Shown here: positions 47,914-57,538 of the stretch, piece after piece | Numbering within the stretch: position 1 is the first letter of the stretch | Layout: every line of letters begins with the position of its first letter | Source of the DNA: an uncultured delta proteobacterium | GTDB taxonomy: Bacteria > Myxococcota_A > Polyangia > Polyangiales > JAFGIB01 | Reading direction: 5' to 3' | Length of the DNA: 64,000 nt | Assembly: GCA_963778655.1 (NCBI GenBank) | Contig: CAVZVA010000005.1 | Span: 448,001 to 512,000, forward strand | The notes under the pieces: model-generated | Database searches by the model: none | Told to the model about the DNA's origin: nothing | Seen by the model: only the letters and a program-made list of their open reading frames with translations | Made by a program: the position numbers and the translations under genes

Positions 47914-48783
47914 TCAGCCCCACGCCGGCCCGAGACGGGCGGCTTCGCGGCGGCCCTGCGCGATGCCGGCTTCGATGATCGCCTCGGCGCGGCCGGCGAG
48001 CAGACCTTCGCTCAAGACCTCGAGGCTGGGCGCGTCCGGCGTGATCAGCGCCAGCGTGCCCTTGGCGGCCTCGATCACGGCGCGCTCGCGCGCCAGCACT
48101 GGGCTGGTGAGCGCGCGCGTTTCGGGCAGCACGACCGCCACCACGATCACGCGCCGGTGGCCGGCGACACAGTCGGCATTCGTCCACGAGCGCACGCCCC
48201 CGTCGATCCAGCGCGAGCCCTCGATCGCCACCGGCGGATAGATGCCAGGCACGCTGCAGCTCGCGGCCACCGCGCGCTCGATCGCGACGCCGTCCGATCC
48301 GGTCCACAGCTTGAACCTGCCGTCGTACGCGTTGACCGTGCTGCACGTAAAGCGTTTGGGCCAGGCGCCGGTCGGACCGAACATGCCGGCGAAGAGCGCG
48401 ACGAAAGCGGCTTCCGGGATGGTCTTGGACTGCAGCGCTACCCTTCCCATCTCGACCATCACGCTCGGGGAGGGCGGCGCGTCCTGGGGTAGCCGAGCCA
48501 TGAATGCCAACAGCTCATCCATGTCGGGCCCGGCCGCCGGCGACCCCTGCTTGGCCCGCTGCCGCGAGAGGGCCAGGTGCAGATCGGCCAGCGCCTGCGG
48601 TGCGATCCCGGTCGCGAGCTGAGCTCCCACGAACGCGCCCGCCGACGTGCCCAGGATGAGCTCCGCGCGCCTGACGTCGGCGCCCTCGGCCGCCAGGCCG
48701 GCAGCCAGCCCGACCTCCCACGCGATGCCCGCCGGACCTCCGCCGCCCAGCACCAGAGCTCGTTCCGCCGTCGCGTCCGCCAT
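47914..48783 (-). CDS. Patatin-like phospholipase
   Basis: LVLGGGG, GTSAG, ASCSVPG, DGG. Confidence 0.93.
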   Translation of the reverse strand: MADATAERALVLGGGGPAGIAWEVGLAAGLAAEGADVRRAELILGTSAGAFVGAQLATGIAPQALADLHLALSRQRAKQGSPAAGPDMDELLAFMARLPQDAPPSPSVMVEMGRVALQSKTIPEAAFVALFAGMFGPTGAWPKRFTCSTVNAYDGRFKLWTGSDGVAIERAVAASCSVPGIYPPVAIEGSRWIDGGVRSWTNADCVAGHRRVIVVAVVLPETRALTSPVLARERAVIEAAKGTLALITPDAPSLEVLSEGLLAGRAEAIIEAGIAQGRREAARLGPAWG

Positions 48784-48931
48784 CGCACCAGCATACGCGG
48801 CCACGCAAACGCCGTCACCGCGTCCGCCGTGCGACGCCGCCCGGACGAGGCTGATCCTTGCGAGCGGACGCGGTGCCGTCGTGCGCGCGGTCGCCCACTC
48901 GCCGTGCTGCGCGATCTGCTACAACCCTGCG

Positions 48932-50869
48932 GTGTCGATTCTGAGCGCGCGCGGGCTGGCCAAGGCGTACGGACCACAGACCCTGTTCGCAGACGCCAGC
49001 CTCACCATCGAAGAGGGCGAGCGGGTCGGGCTGATCGGCCCCAACGGCATGGGCAAGTCGACCCTGCTGCGTGTGCTGGCCGGGATCGAGCCGGCTGACG
49101 ATGGGCTGATCGAGCGCAAGCGGGGCTCGACCGCGCTGTACCTGGCGCAGGAGCCCAAGCTGCCGCCCGCGGCCACACCGCGTGCGATCGTCGAGCAGGG
49201 TCTGTCGCAATGGCACGCGGCGCGCGCCCGTCACGCCGAGGTCACCGCCGCGATCGCAGCCGGTCAGGGCGGCGCCGAGCAGCTCGCGGAGCAGGCGCGG
49301 CTGGCCGACAGCATCGAGCGGCTCGGCGGTTGGGAGCAGGGCCACCTCGCCGAGGTGATGCTCGGACGCTTCGGCGTGCGCGAGCTCGATCGAAACGTCG
49401 GTGCCATGAGCGGGGGCGAGCAGCGGCGCGTCGCGCTCGCGCAGATCCTGATCGCGCGGCCCGAGCTGGCGATCCTCGACGAGCCCACCAATCACCTCGA
49501 CGTCGACACCATCGAGTACCTGGAGCAGTACCTGGCCGAGGACTTTCGCGGCGCAGTGTTGCTCGTGACCCACGACCGCTACGTGCTCGACGCCGTGGCC
49601 GATCGTATCTTGGAGCTCGAGAATGGCACACTGCGAGGGTTCACGGGCGGCTATTCCGAGTATCTCGAGCAGAAGGCGGAGCTGCTGGCGCACGCCTCGC
49701 GCAGCGAGCAGAACCGCCTCAATCGCTTGCGGCGCGAGCGGGCCTGGCTGTTGCGCGGCGCCAAAGCGCGCACCACCAAGCAAAAGGCGCGGATCAAGCG
49801 CGCCCGGGCGCTGATGGCGGTCGAGGCGCCGGCCGAGGCCGCGCGCGCCGAGCTCTTGGGACTTCAAGCCGGCGCGGCTCAGACCGGCAAGACGGTGCTG
49901 GAGCTGCACGACGTTCGCATGGAGCTCGCGGGGCGCGTGCTGATCGCGGGGCTCACGCTGCACCTGGTCCAGGGCGATCGCATCGGCGTGCTGGGGCCGA
50001 ACGGCGCGGGTAAGACCACGCTGCTCCGGCTGGTGGCAGGGGAGCTGCAGCCGACCGCCGGGGCGGTCAAGCTCGGCAGTCGGACCAAGCTCGCGTATTT
50101 CGATCAGGCGCGCGCGGCGCTGCGCGACGACTGGTCCGTATTCGACAACGTGGCCGAGCGGGAGGGCGCGCAGCGCGACGGTGGAGGGCAGGTCCGGATC
50201 GGCGATCTCGTGCTGGAGTTGCGCGCCTATCTGGAGCGTTTTCTGTTCGACGGCGCCAAGCAGCGCCAGAAGGTGGCCGCGCTCTCCGGTGGCGAGCGCG
50301 CGCGGGTGGCGCTGGCCAAGGCGCTGCGCGGCGGCGCCAACTTGCTGCTGCTCGACGAGCCGACCAACGATCTCGACGTGGCGACGCTCGGTGAGCTGGA
50401 GGAGCTGCTCGGTTCCTGGCCCGGGTGCGCGCTGGTGGTCTCGCACGATCGCGCTTTCCTGAACCGCGTGGCCACCTCGGTGCTCGCATTCGAAGGCGAG
50501 GGCGCGTTGGTCCGCTACCAGGGCAACTACGACACCTACCGCGCGCTGCGCGCACAGGCGCCCGGGCGGGCCGCAGCGCCCGTGCCAAAGGCGATCACCG
50601 CCACGCAGGCCGGACCGGCCGCGCCGGTCACCGGGCCGAGCGGCGCCAAGCCACTCACCTACGCGGAGCGGCTGGAGCTCGCGCGCATCGTGGACGAGAT
50701 CACCGCAGCCGAATCTGCGCTCGCGCGTCTCGAGGCCGCGCTCGCCGATCCGAGCACCTACGGTCGCGGCGCCGAGGCGCAAAAGGACGCGCAACGCGAC
50801 TATGCCGCGGCGCGCGAGGCGCTCGCGCGGCTGAGCGAGCGCTGGGAAGAGCTCGAATCGCGCCGGTAA
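48932..50869 (+). CDS. uup: ABC-F ATPase (Uup-like)
   Basis: Two ABC cassettes (GPNGMGKST/MSGGE/LDEPTNHLD and GPNGAGKTT/LSGGE/LDEPTNDLD), linker GAKARTTKQKARI, C-terminal LTYAE...ERWEELE. Confidence 0.9.
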   Translation: MSILSARGLAKAYGPQTLFADASLTIEEGERVGLIGPNGMGKSTLLRVLAGIEPADDGLIERKRGSTALYLAQEPKLPPAATPRAIVEQGLSQWHAARARHAEVTAAIAAGQGGAEQLAEQARLADSIERLGGWEQGHLAEVMLGRFGVRELDRNVGAMSGGEQRRVALAQILIARPELAILDEPTNHLDVDTIEYLEQYLAEDFRGAVLLVTHDRYVLDAVADRILELENGTLRGFTGGYSEYLEQKAELLAHASRSEQNRLNRLRRERAWLLRGAKARTTKQKARIKRARALMAVEAPAEAARAELLGLQAGAAQTGKTVLELHDVRMELAGRVLIAGLTLHLVQGDRIGVLGPNGAGKTTLLRLVAGELQPTAGAVKLGSRTKLAYFDQARAALRDDWSVFDNVAEREGAQRDGGGQVRIGDLVLELRAYLERFLFDGAKQRQKVAALSGGERARVALAKALRGGANLLLLDEPTNDLDVATLGELEELLGSWPGCALVVSHDRAFLNRVATSVLAFEGEGALVRYQGNYDTYRALRAQAPGRAAAPVPKAITATQAGPAAPVTGPSGAKPLTYAERLELARIVDEITAAESALARLEAALADPSTYGRGAEAQKDAQRDYAAAREALARLSERWEELESRR

Positions 50870-51004
50870 TCGGCTAGCTTCGGCGACCCGGGGAGTGGGT
50901 CTCCGCATCCAGCCGGCGTCCCGACCGCGAGAATGCCTCGATCCCCTGGTGCAAGTGCGCGTCCACCCGGGTTACCGTGTGTGCGGTTACAAGAGGAGCC
51001 TGGG

Positions 51005-53482
51005 ATGTCACGCCGTTTGTCGATTGGACTGGTTCTGGTCGTCGTCGTCGTGGTGAGCATGGAGCTCGGGGGATGTTCGGGCGGGACGCAGGGCCGTGGG
51101 AAGTCCTCGGTGGGGGCTCCGTCCCGGGACGGGGGGGCAGCCGATGACGAAGACGGCGGCGGTGCCGGCAACGGCACCGGCACGGGGCAAGACCTGCCTC
51201 CTTACAAGGGCCGCATCGTGGTGACCCCAGCCGCGCTGCTGTTCACCAAAGCGGGCCAGAGCGCGTCGCTTCACGCGGAGGCCTTCGACGCCGATGGCAA
51301 CCCCATGAGCAACGCCAGCTTCACCTTCAGCTCTTCGCACCCCGACGAGGTCTCGGTCGACGCGTCCGGCAGGGTCAAGGCCATCACTTCCGTGGGCTCG
51401 ACCCAGATCACGGTCAGCTCCGGCGATTCGAGCTCGCCGCCGTTGCTGGTGCTGGTGGCGCAACCGTCTGACGGGACGCTGCTGGTCTCCGACGCACAAA
51501 TCGTCTCGGAGCCAACCCCAGTGGACCCGAGCGCTGCCCCCGAGCCGGGCATGCAAGTCATGGCGACGCTCGATGGCGTGCCCGACCTCGCGCCGGGCAC
51601 GCTGGTGCTGGCGCGCGAAGGCAAGGCCTTGGCTGGGCGGGTGGTATCGACGCAGCCCAACGGCAAGCACACCGACGTGGTGCTCGAGCTGGTGCCGCTG
51701 GTCGACATGTTCAGCCAGCTCAAGCTCGACGCCGGCTGGGACCTGGACCTGCAGACCCTGGCGGACCAGCTCGCGATTGCCCAAATGGCGACAGCCCCGC
51801 CGCCCGGCGTCGGCGTCTCGAAGAATCCGCTCGACTTCGACCTCGGGCCGCTCAAGTGCACGGCCGCCATCGGTGTGACCGGCGTCACCATCCAAACCAC
51901 TTTCCGGGTAACGCCTCAGCTGCACTTTCACGCCGCGTTCGAGAAGGACGAGAACGGCGACTGGACCACGGCGGTGCTGGAATTGACCGGCAGCATCAAG
52001 ACTACGGGCACGGCCAGTGTGAAGGTGGCCCCGGGCGTGACCGCATCACTGAGCTGTAAGTTGAAGCTCGGCGAATTCATCATCCCGATCGGAGGCCCGC
52101 TGGCGGTGGTCATCGGGCCGAGAATTCCCGTCGGTGTCAAGCTCGGCGTCAAGGCGGCGGCAATGATCGCGCAGGTCGAATTCGGCGGTAAGGCCGAGGA
52201 GTCCGCGGACTTCGACCTCGGCATCAGCGGCGGCACGAACGGTACGGGCGACATCGCCTCGGTGAGCCTCGGCGATCCCCACTTCGAGCCCATTGCACCG
52301 CCCAACAACGACTCGCTGCTGGGCGCCGAGCTCACCTTGGACGTCGGCGCCTACGCCGGGCTTAGCGTGACGTTTCTCAAGCTCTCGCTCGCCGAGGCGT
52401 TCGGCGGCGCGCGCGCCAAGTACCAGCTCAAGCCGCTGGCGATCCAGCTCGGCGACTCGTCGTTTGCGAACAAGTACGAGGTCAACGCGCCGGTGATCAC
52501 AATCGGGCCCGGCAAGGATCTGCGCAGAGCGCTGAGCTGGGTCGGCGGGGCGGTCAATTTCAACGTGATGTACAGCAACGACGGCCTGCCCATCGGGCGC
52601 TCTCCCTTCGGCAAGTTCACGGCCGACAAGATGGAGATGGCGGTCGGCGACACGCTTCACACCAACATCACCCTCGACCCGTCCGCGACCAAGTTCCTCG
52701 GCATCTCGAACGTGTCGGGCATCCACATCTACCGCATCGATGCCGGCAGCAGCAATCCCAACGAGGTCAGCTACATGGCTGGCCCCGGTCCCAGCTACGA
52801 CTGGAGCTGGACGCCGGGCCCGCTGGACGTCGGCCAGTACATCTTCGCCGCTGCGGTCGACGATCGACTCGACCTGATTCCTTTCGAGGTCAGTGAAAAC
52901 GCGACCGCCCCGGTCCACGTCCGCCCCAAGCAGACCGGTTGGAGTGGCACCGTCAACTTGAAGTGGTCTGGCAGCGGCCCGACCAGCAGCGGCGGCAACT
53001 TCACCGAGAGCGGCACCGAGACGATCACCTACGAGCCGGACACGTCGCAGCCTGCTGACGGCATGAACTTCGGCCTCAAGGCCACCTCGGTCAAGCTGAG
53101 CCTGACCTACGACGATACCGATCCTGTGACGACGACGCCCACGGGCTGCTCGCGGCAGATCACCTACCACGCGATTGGCACCATCGACCGCGCGGGCACG
53201 GTGCAGGACACGACCCTGCTGCAGATCGCGCCGAACGGCGACTACGCCTTTCCGATCCAGGGCTTGGCCGTGGATGCCGACTTCATGCAGACCGTGACCG
53301 ACTCGGGCTGCACCGATGCGACCAGCATGACCACGACCGGCACCGCTCCCTACGGCTCGGACGGAAACCTCGCCAGCGGTAACGTGCCGCCGGCCGCGAC
53401 CAGCTTCGCGGACAGCCTCAGCTACAGCTCGCCGGACGGGACGCTCAACTACATCGCGGACTGGACATTCATGCGTAACTGA
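51005..53482 (+). CDS. Large beta-rich lipoprotein with Ig-like domain(s)
   Basis: RBS AGAGGAG, lipobox LGGC, Big_2-like FSSSHPDEVSVDASGRVKA..VGSTQIT. Confidence 0.75.
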   Translation: MSRRLSIGLVLVVVVVVSMELGGCSGGTQGRGKSSVGAPSRDGGAADDEDGGGAGNGTGTGQDLPPYKGRIVVTPAALLFTKAGQSASLHAEAFDADGNPMSNASFTFSSSHPDEVSVDASGRVKAITSVGSTQITVSSGDSSSPPLLVLVAQPSDGTLLVSDAQIVSEPTPVDPSAAPEPGMQVMATLDGVPDLAPGTLVLAREGKALAGRVVSTQPNGKHTDVVLELVPLVDMFSQLKLDAGWDLDLQTLADQLAIAQMATAPPPGVGVSKNPLDFDLGPLKCTAAIGVTGVTIQTTFRVTPQLHFHAAFEKDENGDWTTAVLELTGSIKTTGTASVKVAPGVTASLSCKLKLGEFIIPIGGPLAVVIGPRIPVGVKLGVKAAAMIAQVEFGGKAEESADFDLGISGGTNGTGDIASVSLGDPHFEPIAPPNNDSLLGAELTLDVGAYAGLSVTFLKLSLAEAFGGARAKYQLKPLAIQLGDSSFANKYEVNAPVITIGPGKDLRRALSWVGGAVNFNVMYSNDGLPIGRSPFGKFTADKMEMAVGDTLHTNITLDPSATKFLGISNVSGIHIYRIDAGSSNPNEVSYMAGPGPSYDWSWTPGPLDVGQYIFAAAVDDRLDLIPFEVSENATAPVHVRPKQTGWSGTVNLKWSGSGPTSSGGNFTESGTETITYEPDTSQPADGMNFGLKATSVKLSLTYDDTDPVTTTPTGCSRQITYHAIGTIDRAGTVQDTTLLQIAPNGDYAFPIQGLAVDADFMQTVTDSGCTDATSMTTTGTAPYGSDGNLASGNVPPAATSFADSLSYSSPDGTLNYIADWTFMRN

Positions 53483-53719
53483 AGTCGCCGGGCGCGCGGG
53501 GCCTGCGAGTCCCAGCGCGGCGGCGCGCCCGGGGCCGCTTGAGCTGTGCCTGCCGGTGGGGCGATGCTGCCGTCGTGGCCGCCCGCAAAAGGCGGATCCG
53601 GCCGCCGCCCGCGCTCGCCGGCCCCGGCCTTCGCGCATCCCTTAGCTTCGCGGGGATCCCGGCCACGGGACCTGGCTCGGGCCATATGGTAGGCTGCGCT
53701 CCGCAAACCGGAGCATGGC

Positions 53720-55357
53720 GTGCGGCTCTTGCGCCCCAGTATAGCGGTGTTCTGCCTCGCCCTGCTGGCGTCGCTGTGCATCCACCTGCCGGTCTACGAA
53801 GCGCTCGGCGCGCTCGCGGGCGCGCTGCTGCGTTCCGAGCCCAGAAACAAGCCGGGTATCGTCGAGCTCGAGCTGGCGCCGCTCTCGCCCGAGCAGGCGC
53901 CGCAGCCGCCGGCCAAGCCCAAGCCGCCGGAGGCGCAGGCCAAGGCGGACAAGGCCAAGGAGCCGGAGCCGCGCCCGCTGCCGCACCGGCAGCAAGCCAA
54001 GCCCGAGCCCACGGCCAAGCCGCAGCCCAAGCTGGCGGAAGCGGTGCCCGTGGTGCAACCGACGCCGTTGCCCACGCCCACCGATCGCCCGCTGGCGGTC
54101 ACCCAGAAGAGCGACAACCCGGACGTGCCCAAGCCCGAGGACGCGCGCTTCATCGCGGAGGAGAACCGCCGCGTCGAGCAAGAGAGCGTGGCCCGCATCC
54201 GCAACATGCAGCGCGACGACCAGAACCCGAGCGCGACGGCGGCGCCGACCAAGACCGACCCGGACGAGGGCAACGCGGACAAGACCGATGTCGCCGACCT
54301 GCACAACGTCAAGGGTAGCGACGCGCGCCCGCCCACGCCGCGCGAGGCCGCGCGCAAGCCGCCCGAGCAGCCGTCGGAAGCGTCGGCGGGCCGGCCCAAC
54401 GTCGAGTCTGCGCCACGCCCCTCGGGCGAGGCCACGGCGGCCGCCTCGCGCGAGGTGGCGCCCTCGCGCGCCTCCGGCGCGCCCCTGACCGGCGGCGAGC
54501 CCGAGACGCTGGTCATCAACGACGGCGCCGGCAGCTTCCGCATCCGCAAGACCGCACCCGGTCAGGGACCGGGCGAGGCGGGCGGCGCGCAGCAACCCGG
54601 CAGGCCTTCGGCCTCGCGGCTCAACCGCGCGGGCCAGCGCGCCCAGGCCGGGCCGAATCTGCGCATCTCGTGGTCGCAATTCGAAGACACCTTCGGCGCC
54701 GACGAGCTGCGCCAGGAGCGTGAGGCCTATCTGGCGCAGCGGCGCTCGACCACGGCCGGTCACGATCGGCAGAAGTCCTGGCGCGAGTTCCGCGCCGCGA
54801 TCGAGAACTTCGTACCCAACGTGCGCCCCGGCGATCAGACCGCGCTCAATGCAGCGGCCGATCCGTTCGCGAACTACCTGGCGCTGGTGCACCGGCGCAT
54901 CCATCGCGAGTTCGCCTATGGCTTCCTGGAGAGCTTGCCGATCGCCGGCGGCCCGTTCGGCGACTACTCGCTGCACACCGAGCTCGAGATCGTCATCAAC
55001 GGAGACGGCTCGGTGCACCAGATCGGGATCGCGGAGACCAGCGGCTTTCTACCCTTCGACTACGGCGCCTACGACTCGGTCAAGCGCGCCGCGCCGTACC
55101 CGCCGCCGCCGCGCAGCATCCTCTCGGGCGACGGGCGCGTCTACGTGCGCTGGGGCTTCTACCGCAACGAGCGCCAGTGCGGCACGTTCAACGCGCGGCC
55201 GTACATCCTGCCGCACCCGCCCGGCACGCCCAAGCCGGGCAAGGGCCCGCTGCACGATCCCGGCGAGCGCCACGGCGCACCTGCGATTCCACCGGCTGGT
55301 GAAGGCGAGCTCGGTATGCTGCTGCCCCGGCGCCCGCTGCGCGATGCCTTCATCTGA
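53720..55357 (+). CDS. TonB/TolA-like protein (TM anchor, Pro-rich spacer, TonB C-terminal-like domain)
   Basis: SLCIH anchor, PK/PE-rich linker, LEIVINGDGSV....ETSG..FDYGA...VKRAAPYPPPP. Confidence 0.8.
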   Translation: MRLLRPSIAVFCLALLASLCIHLPVYEALGALAGALLRSEPRNKPGIVELELAPLSPEQAPQPPAKPKPPEAQAKADKAKEPEPRPLPHRQQAKPEPTAKPQPKLAEAVPVVQPTPLPTPTDRPLAVTQKSDNPDVPKPEDARFIAEENRRVEQESVARIRNMQRDDQNPSATAAPTKTDPDEGNADKTDVADLHNVKGSDARPPTPREAARKPPEQPSEASAGRPNVESAPRPSGEATAAASREVAPSRASGAPLTGGEPETLVINDGAGSFRIRKTAPGQGPGEAGGAQQPGRPSASRLNRAGQRAQAGPNLRISWSQFEDTFGADELRQEREAYLAQRRSTTAGHDRQKSWREFRAAIENFVPNVRPGDQTALNAAADPFANYLALVHRRIHREFAYGFLESLPIAGGPFGDYSLHTELEIVINGDGSVHQIGIAETSGFLPFDYGAYDSVKRAAPYPPPPRSILSGDGRVYVRWGFYRNERQCGTFNARPYILPHPPGTPKPGKGPLHDPGERHGAPAIPPAGEGELGMLLPRRPLRDAFI

Positions 55358-56393
55358 GGCGCTTACCGCGCGCCTGAAGGCGCTCGGCGGTGAGCTCGGC
55401 TTCGTCCGGGTCGGCGTGGCGCGTGCCGAGCGGCTGGCGCAGGACGCGGCGCGGCTGCAGGCCTGGCTGCAGGCGGGCCATCACGGCGGGATGGAGTACC
55501 TGCAGCGCAGCGCGGACGTGCGGGTCGATCCCCGACACCCCGGCATGCTGCCGAGCGCGCGCAGCGTGATCGTGCTGGCCGCGGCCTACGCCGGCCCGCC
55601 CGCGCCGGGCACCGAGCCTCTGCCGGGCGCGATCGCGCGCTACGCGCAGGGCCGCGACTATCACAACGTGCTGCGCCGGCGGCTGCGCCCGCTCGTTCGG
55701 CTGCTGCGCGAGGCCGGCCACGCGACGCGGCTCACGGTCGACAGCATGCCGGTGCTCGAGCGCGCCTGGGCCCAGCGCGCCGGCGTGGGCTTCATCGGCA
55801 AGAACTGCTGCCTGATCGTGCCCGGGATCGGCTCGCACGTGCTGCTCGCCAGCGTGATCACCGCCGCCGAGCTGGACCCGGACGAGCCCATGGCCGAGCG
55901 CTGCGGGCAGTGTCGGGCGTGTCTGGACGCGTGTCCCACGCGCGCCTTTGTCGCCCCGCGCGTAATGGACGCGCGGCGCTGCATCTCGTATCTCACCATC
56001 GAGCACCGCGGCGCGATCGACGCAGCGCTGCGCGCGCCGCTCGGCGACTGGCTGTTCGGCTGCGACGTCTGCCAGGACGTATGCCCCTTCAACCGGGGCA
56101 AGGCCGCGGCGGCGCGCGCACTGCCGGCGCTGGCCCCGCGCGCGCAGTTGCGTGGCGTGCAGGCCGAAGCGCTGCTACGGCTCGATGAGGCGGCCTTCGC
56201 GGCGCTGCTCGCAGGCTCGCCGCTGCGCCGCCCCAAGCGCGAGGGCCTGGCGCGCAACGCCGCGATTGTGCTCGGCAACCGCAAGGCGCGCCGCGCGCTG
56301 CCGGTGTTGCAGCAGGCGGCGCAGCAGGATCCCTCGGAAGTGGTGCGCGAGGCCGCGGCCTGGGCGCTACAACGCATCGCCGCCGGCGACTGA
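55344..56393 (+). CDS. queG: tRNA epoxyqueuosine(34) reductase
   Basis: IARYAQGRDYH, VDSMPVLER, GFIGKN, CGQCRACLDACPT, RCISYLTIE, FGCDVCQDVCPFN, HEAT tail. Confidence 0.95.
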   Translation: MPSSEALTARLKALGGELGFVRVGVARAERLAQDAARLQAWLQAGHHGGMEYLQRSADVRVDPRHPGMLPSARSVIVLAAAYAGPPAPGTEPLPGAIARYAQGRDYHNVLRRRLRPLVRLLREAGHATRLTVDSMPVLERAWAQRAGVGFIGKNCCLIVPGIGSHVLLASVITAAELDPDEPMAERCGQCRACLDACPTRAFVAPRVMDARRCISYLTIEHRGAIDAALRAPLGDWLFGCDVCQDVCPFNRGKAAAARALPALAPRAQLRGVQAEALLRLDEAAFAALLAGSPLRRPKREGLARNAAIVLGNRKARRALPVLQQAAQQDPSEVVREAAAWALQRIAAGD

Positions 56394-56403
56394 GGTCCTG
56401 CGG

Positions 56404-57465
56404 CTACGCCGGCCGCTGCACTGGCTCGAGCGGCCAGTAGGGCGCGATCGCGTGACGCGTGTGATCGACCGCGTCGCGGCCTGCGGCTGAAGGCGCGTCC
56501 TGCGGCAGCTCGAGCGCCTGGCCGAGCAGGGCGCGCGCCACACCGCCGAGGCTCTGCTCGAGCGCCTGCAGGTCGTAGCCGCCCTCGAGCAGAAACCCGA
56601 TGCGGCCGTGTCCAGCCTGGTCCACGTGCGCGATCAGCGCGCTTGCCATCGCCTGATAGCTCGCCGCATCGAGCTCCATTTGCGCGAGCGGGTCGCGGCG
56701 GTGCGCGTCGAAGCCGGCCGAGACCAGTATCAGGTCGGGCGCGAAGCGCTCGAGCAGCGGCAGCACCACGCGCCGGAACGCGTAGCCATAGGTCTCCGGC
56801 CCTTGCCCGGCGGGCAGGGCCACGTTCGCACAGTGGCCGCGGCCCGCGCCCCTGCCCACCTCGTCCGCGCGTCCGGTGCCTGGATAGAACGGATACTGGT
56901 GCATGGAGACGAACAGCAGGCGCGGGTCCTGCTCGAAGGCGTCCTGGGTGCCATTGCCGTGGTGCACGTCCCAGTCGACGATCGCCACCCGCTGCGCGCC
57001 GGCCGCGAGCGCCGCGCCGGCCGCGACCGCGATGTTGTTGAGCAGGCAGAAGCCCATCGAGCCGCCCGGCTCCGCGTGGTGCCCGGGCGGCCGCAGCAGC
57101 GCCACGCCGCGGCGCGCATCGCCGCGCATCAGCGCCTGCGACAGCTCGGCCGCGGCGCCGGCCGCGAGCCAGGCGGCCTGCTGGCTGCCCGGCGAGAAAT
57201 AGGTATCCGGATCGAGCTGCCCAAAGCCGTCGCGCAGGCGCAGTCGCAGCGCGTCGAGGTAAGCCGCGCGGTGCACGCGCACCAGCTCCTCGTCGCTCGC
57301 CGGCCGCGCCTGCAGCCGCAGCCGCGCCGCCTCGGGCAGCACGCCGTACAACCCGCTGCGCGCCGCGATCAACCGCTCCGGACACTCGGGATGATGCCCG
57401 GAACGCTCCCGGTGCTGCTCGAACCGCTCGTCGTCGACGATGGCGATCCGCTGCGTGTGCTCCAT
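56404..57465 (-). CDS. Histone deacetylase-family protein
   Basis: HPECPERL, RPPGHHA, GFCLLNN, DWDVHHGNGTQ, SAGFDAH..DPL, LEGGY. Confidence 0.95.
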   Translation of the reverse strand: MEHTQRIAIVDDERFEQHRERSGHHPECPERLIAARSGLYGVLPEAARLRLQARPASDEELVRVHRAAYLDALRLRLRDGFGQLDPDTYFSPGSQQAAWLAAGAAAELSQALMRGDARRGVALLRPPGHHAEPGGSMGFCLLNNIAVAAGAALAAGAQRVAIVDWDVHHGNGTQDAFEQDPRLLFVSMHQYPFYPGTGRADEVGRGAGRGHCANVALPAGQGPETYGYAFRRVVLPLLERFAPDLILVSAGFDAHRRDPLAQMELDAASYQAMASALIAHVDQAGHGRIGFLLEGGYDLQALEQSLGGVARALLGQALELPQDAPSAAGRDAVDHTRHAIAPYWPLEPVQRPA

Positions 57466-57538
57466 CACGCCCCCAACCATAGCAGATCGAGCCCGCCCCG
57501 CCCCGTCACCCGCCCCGGCCACCCGTGCCCGCGACAGC

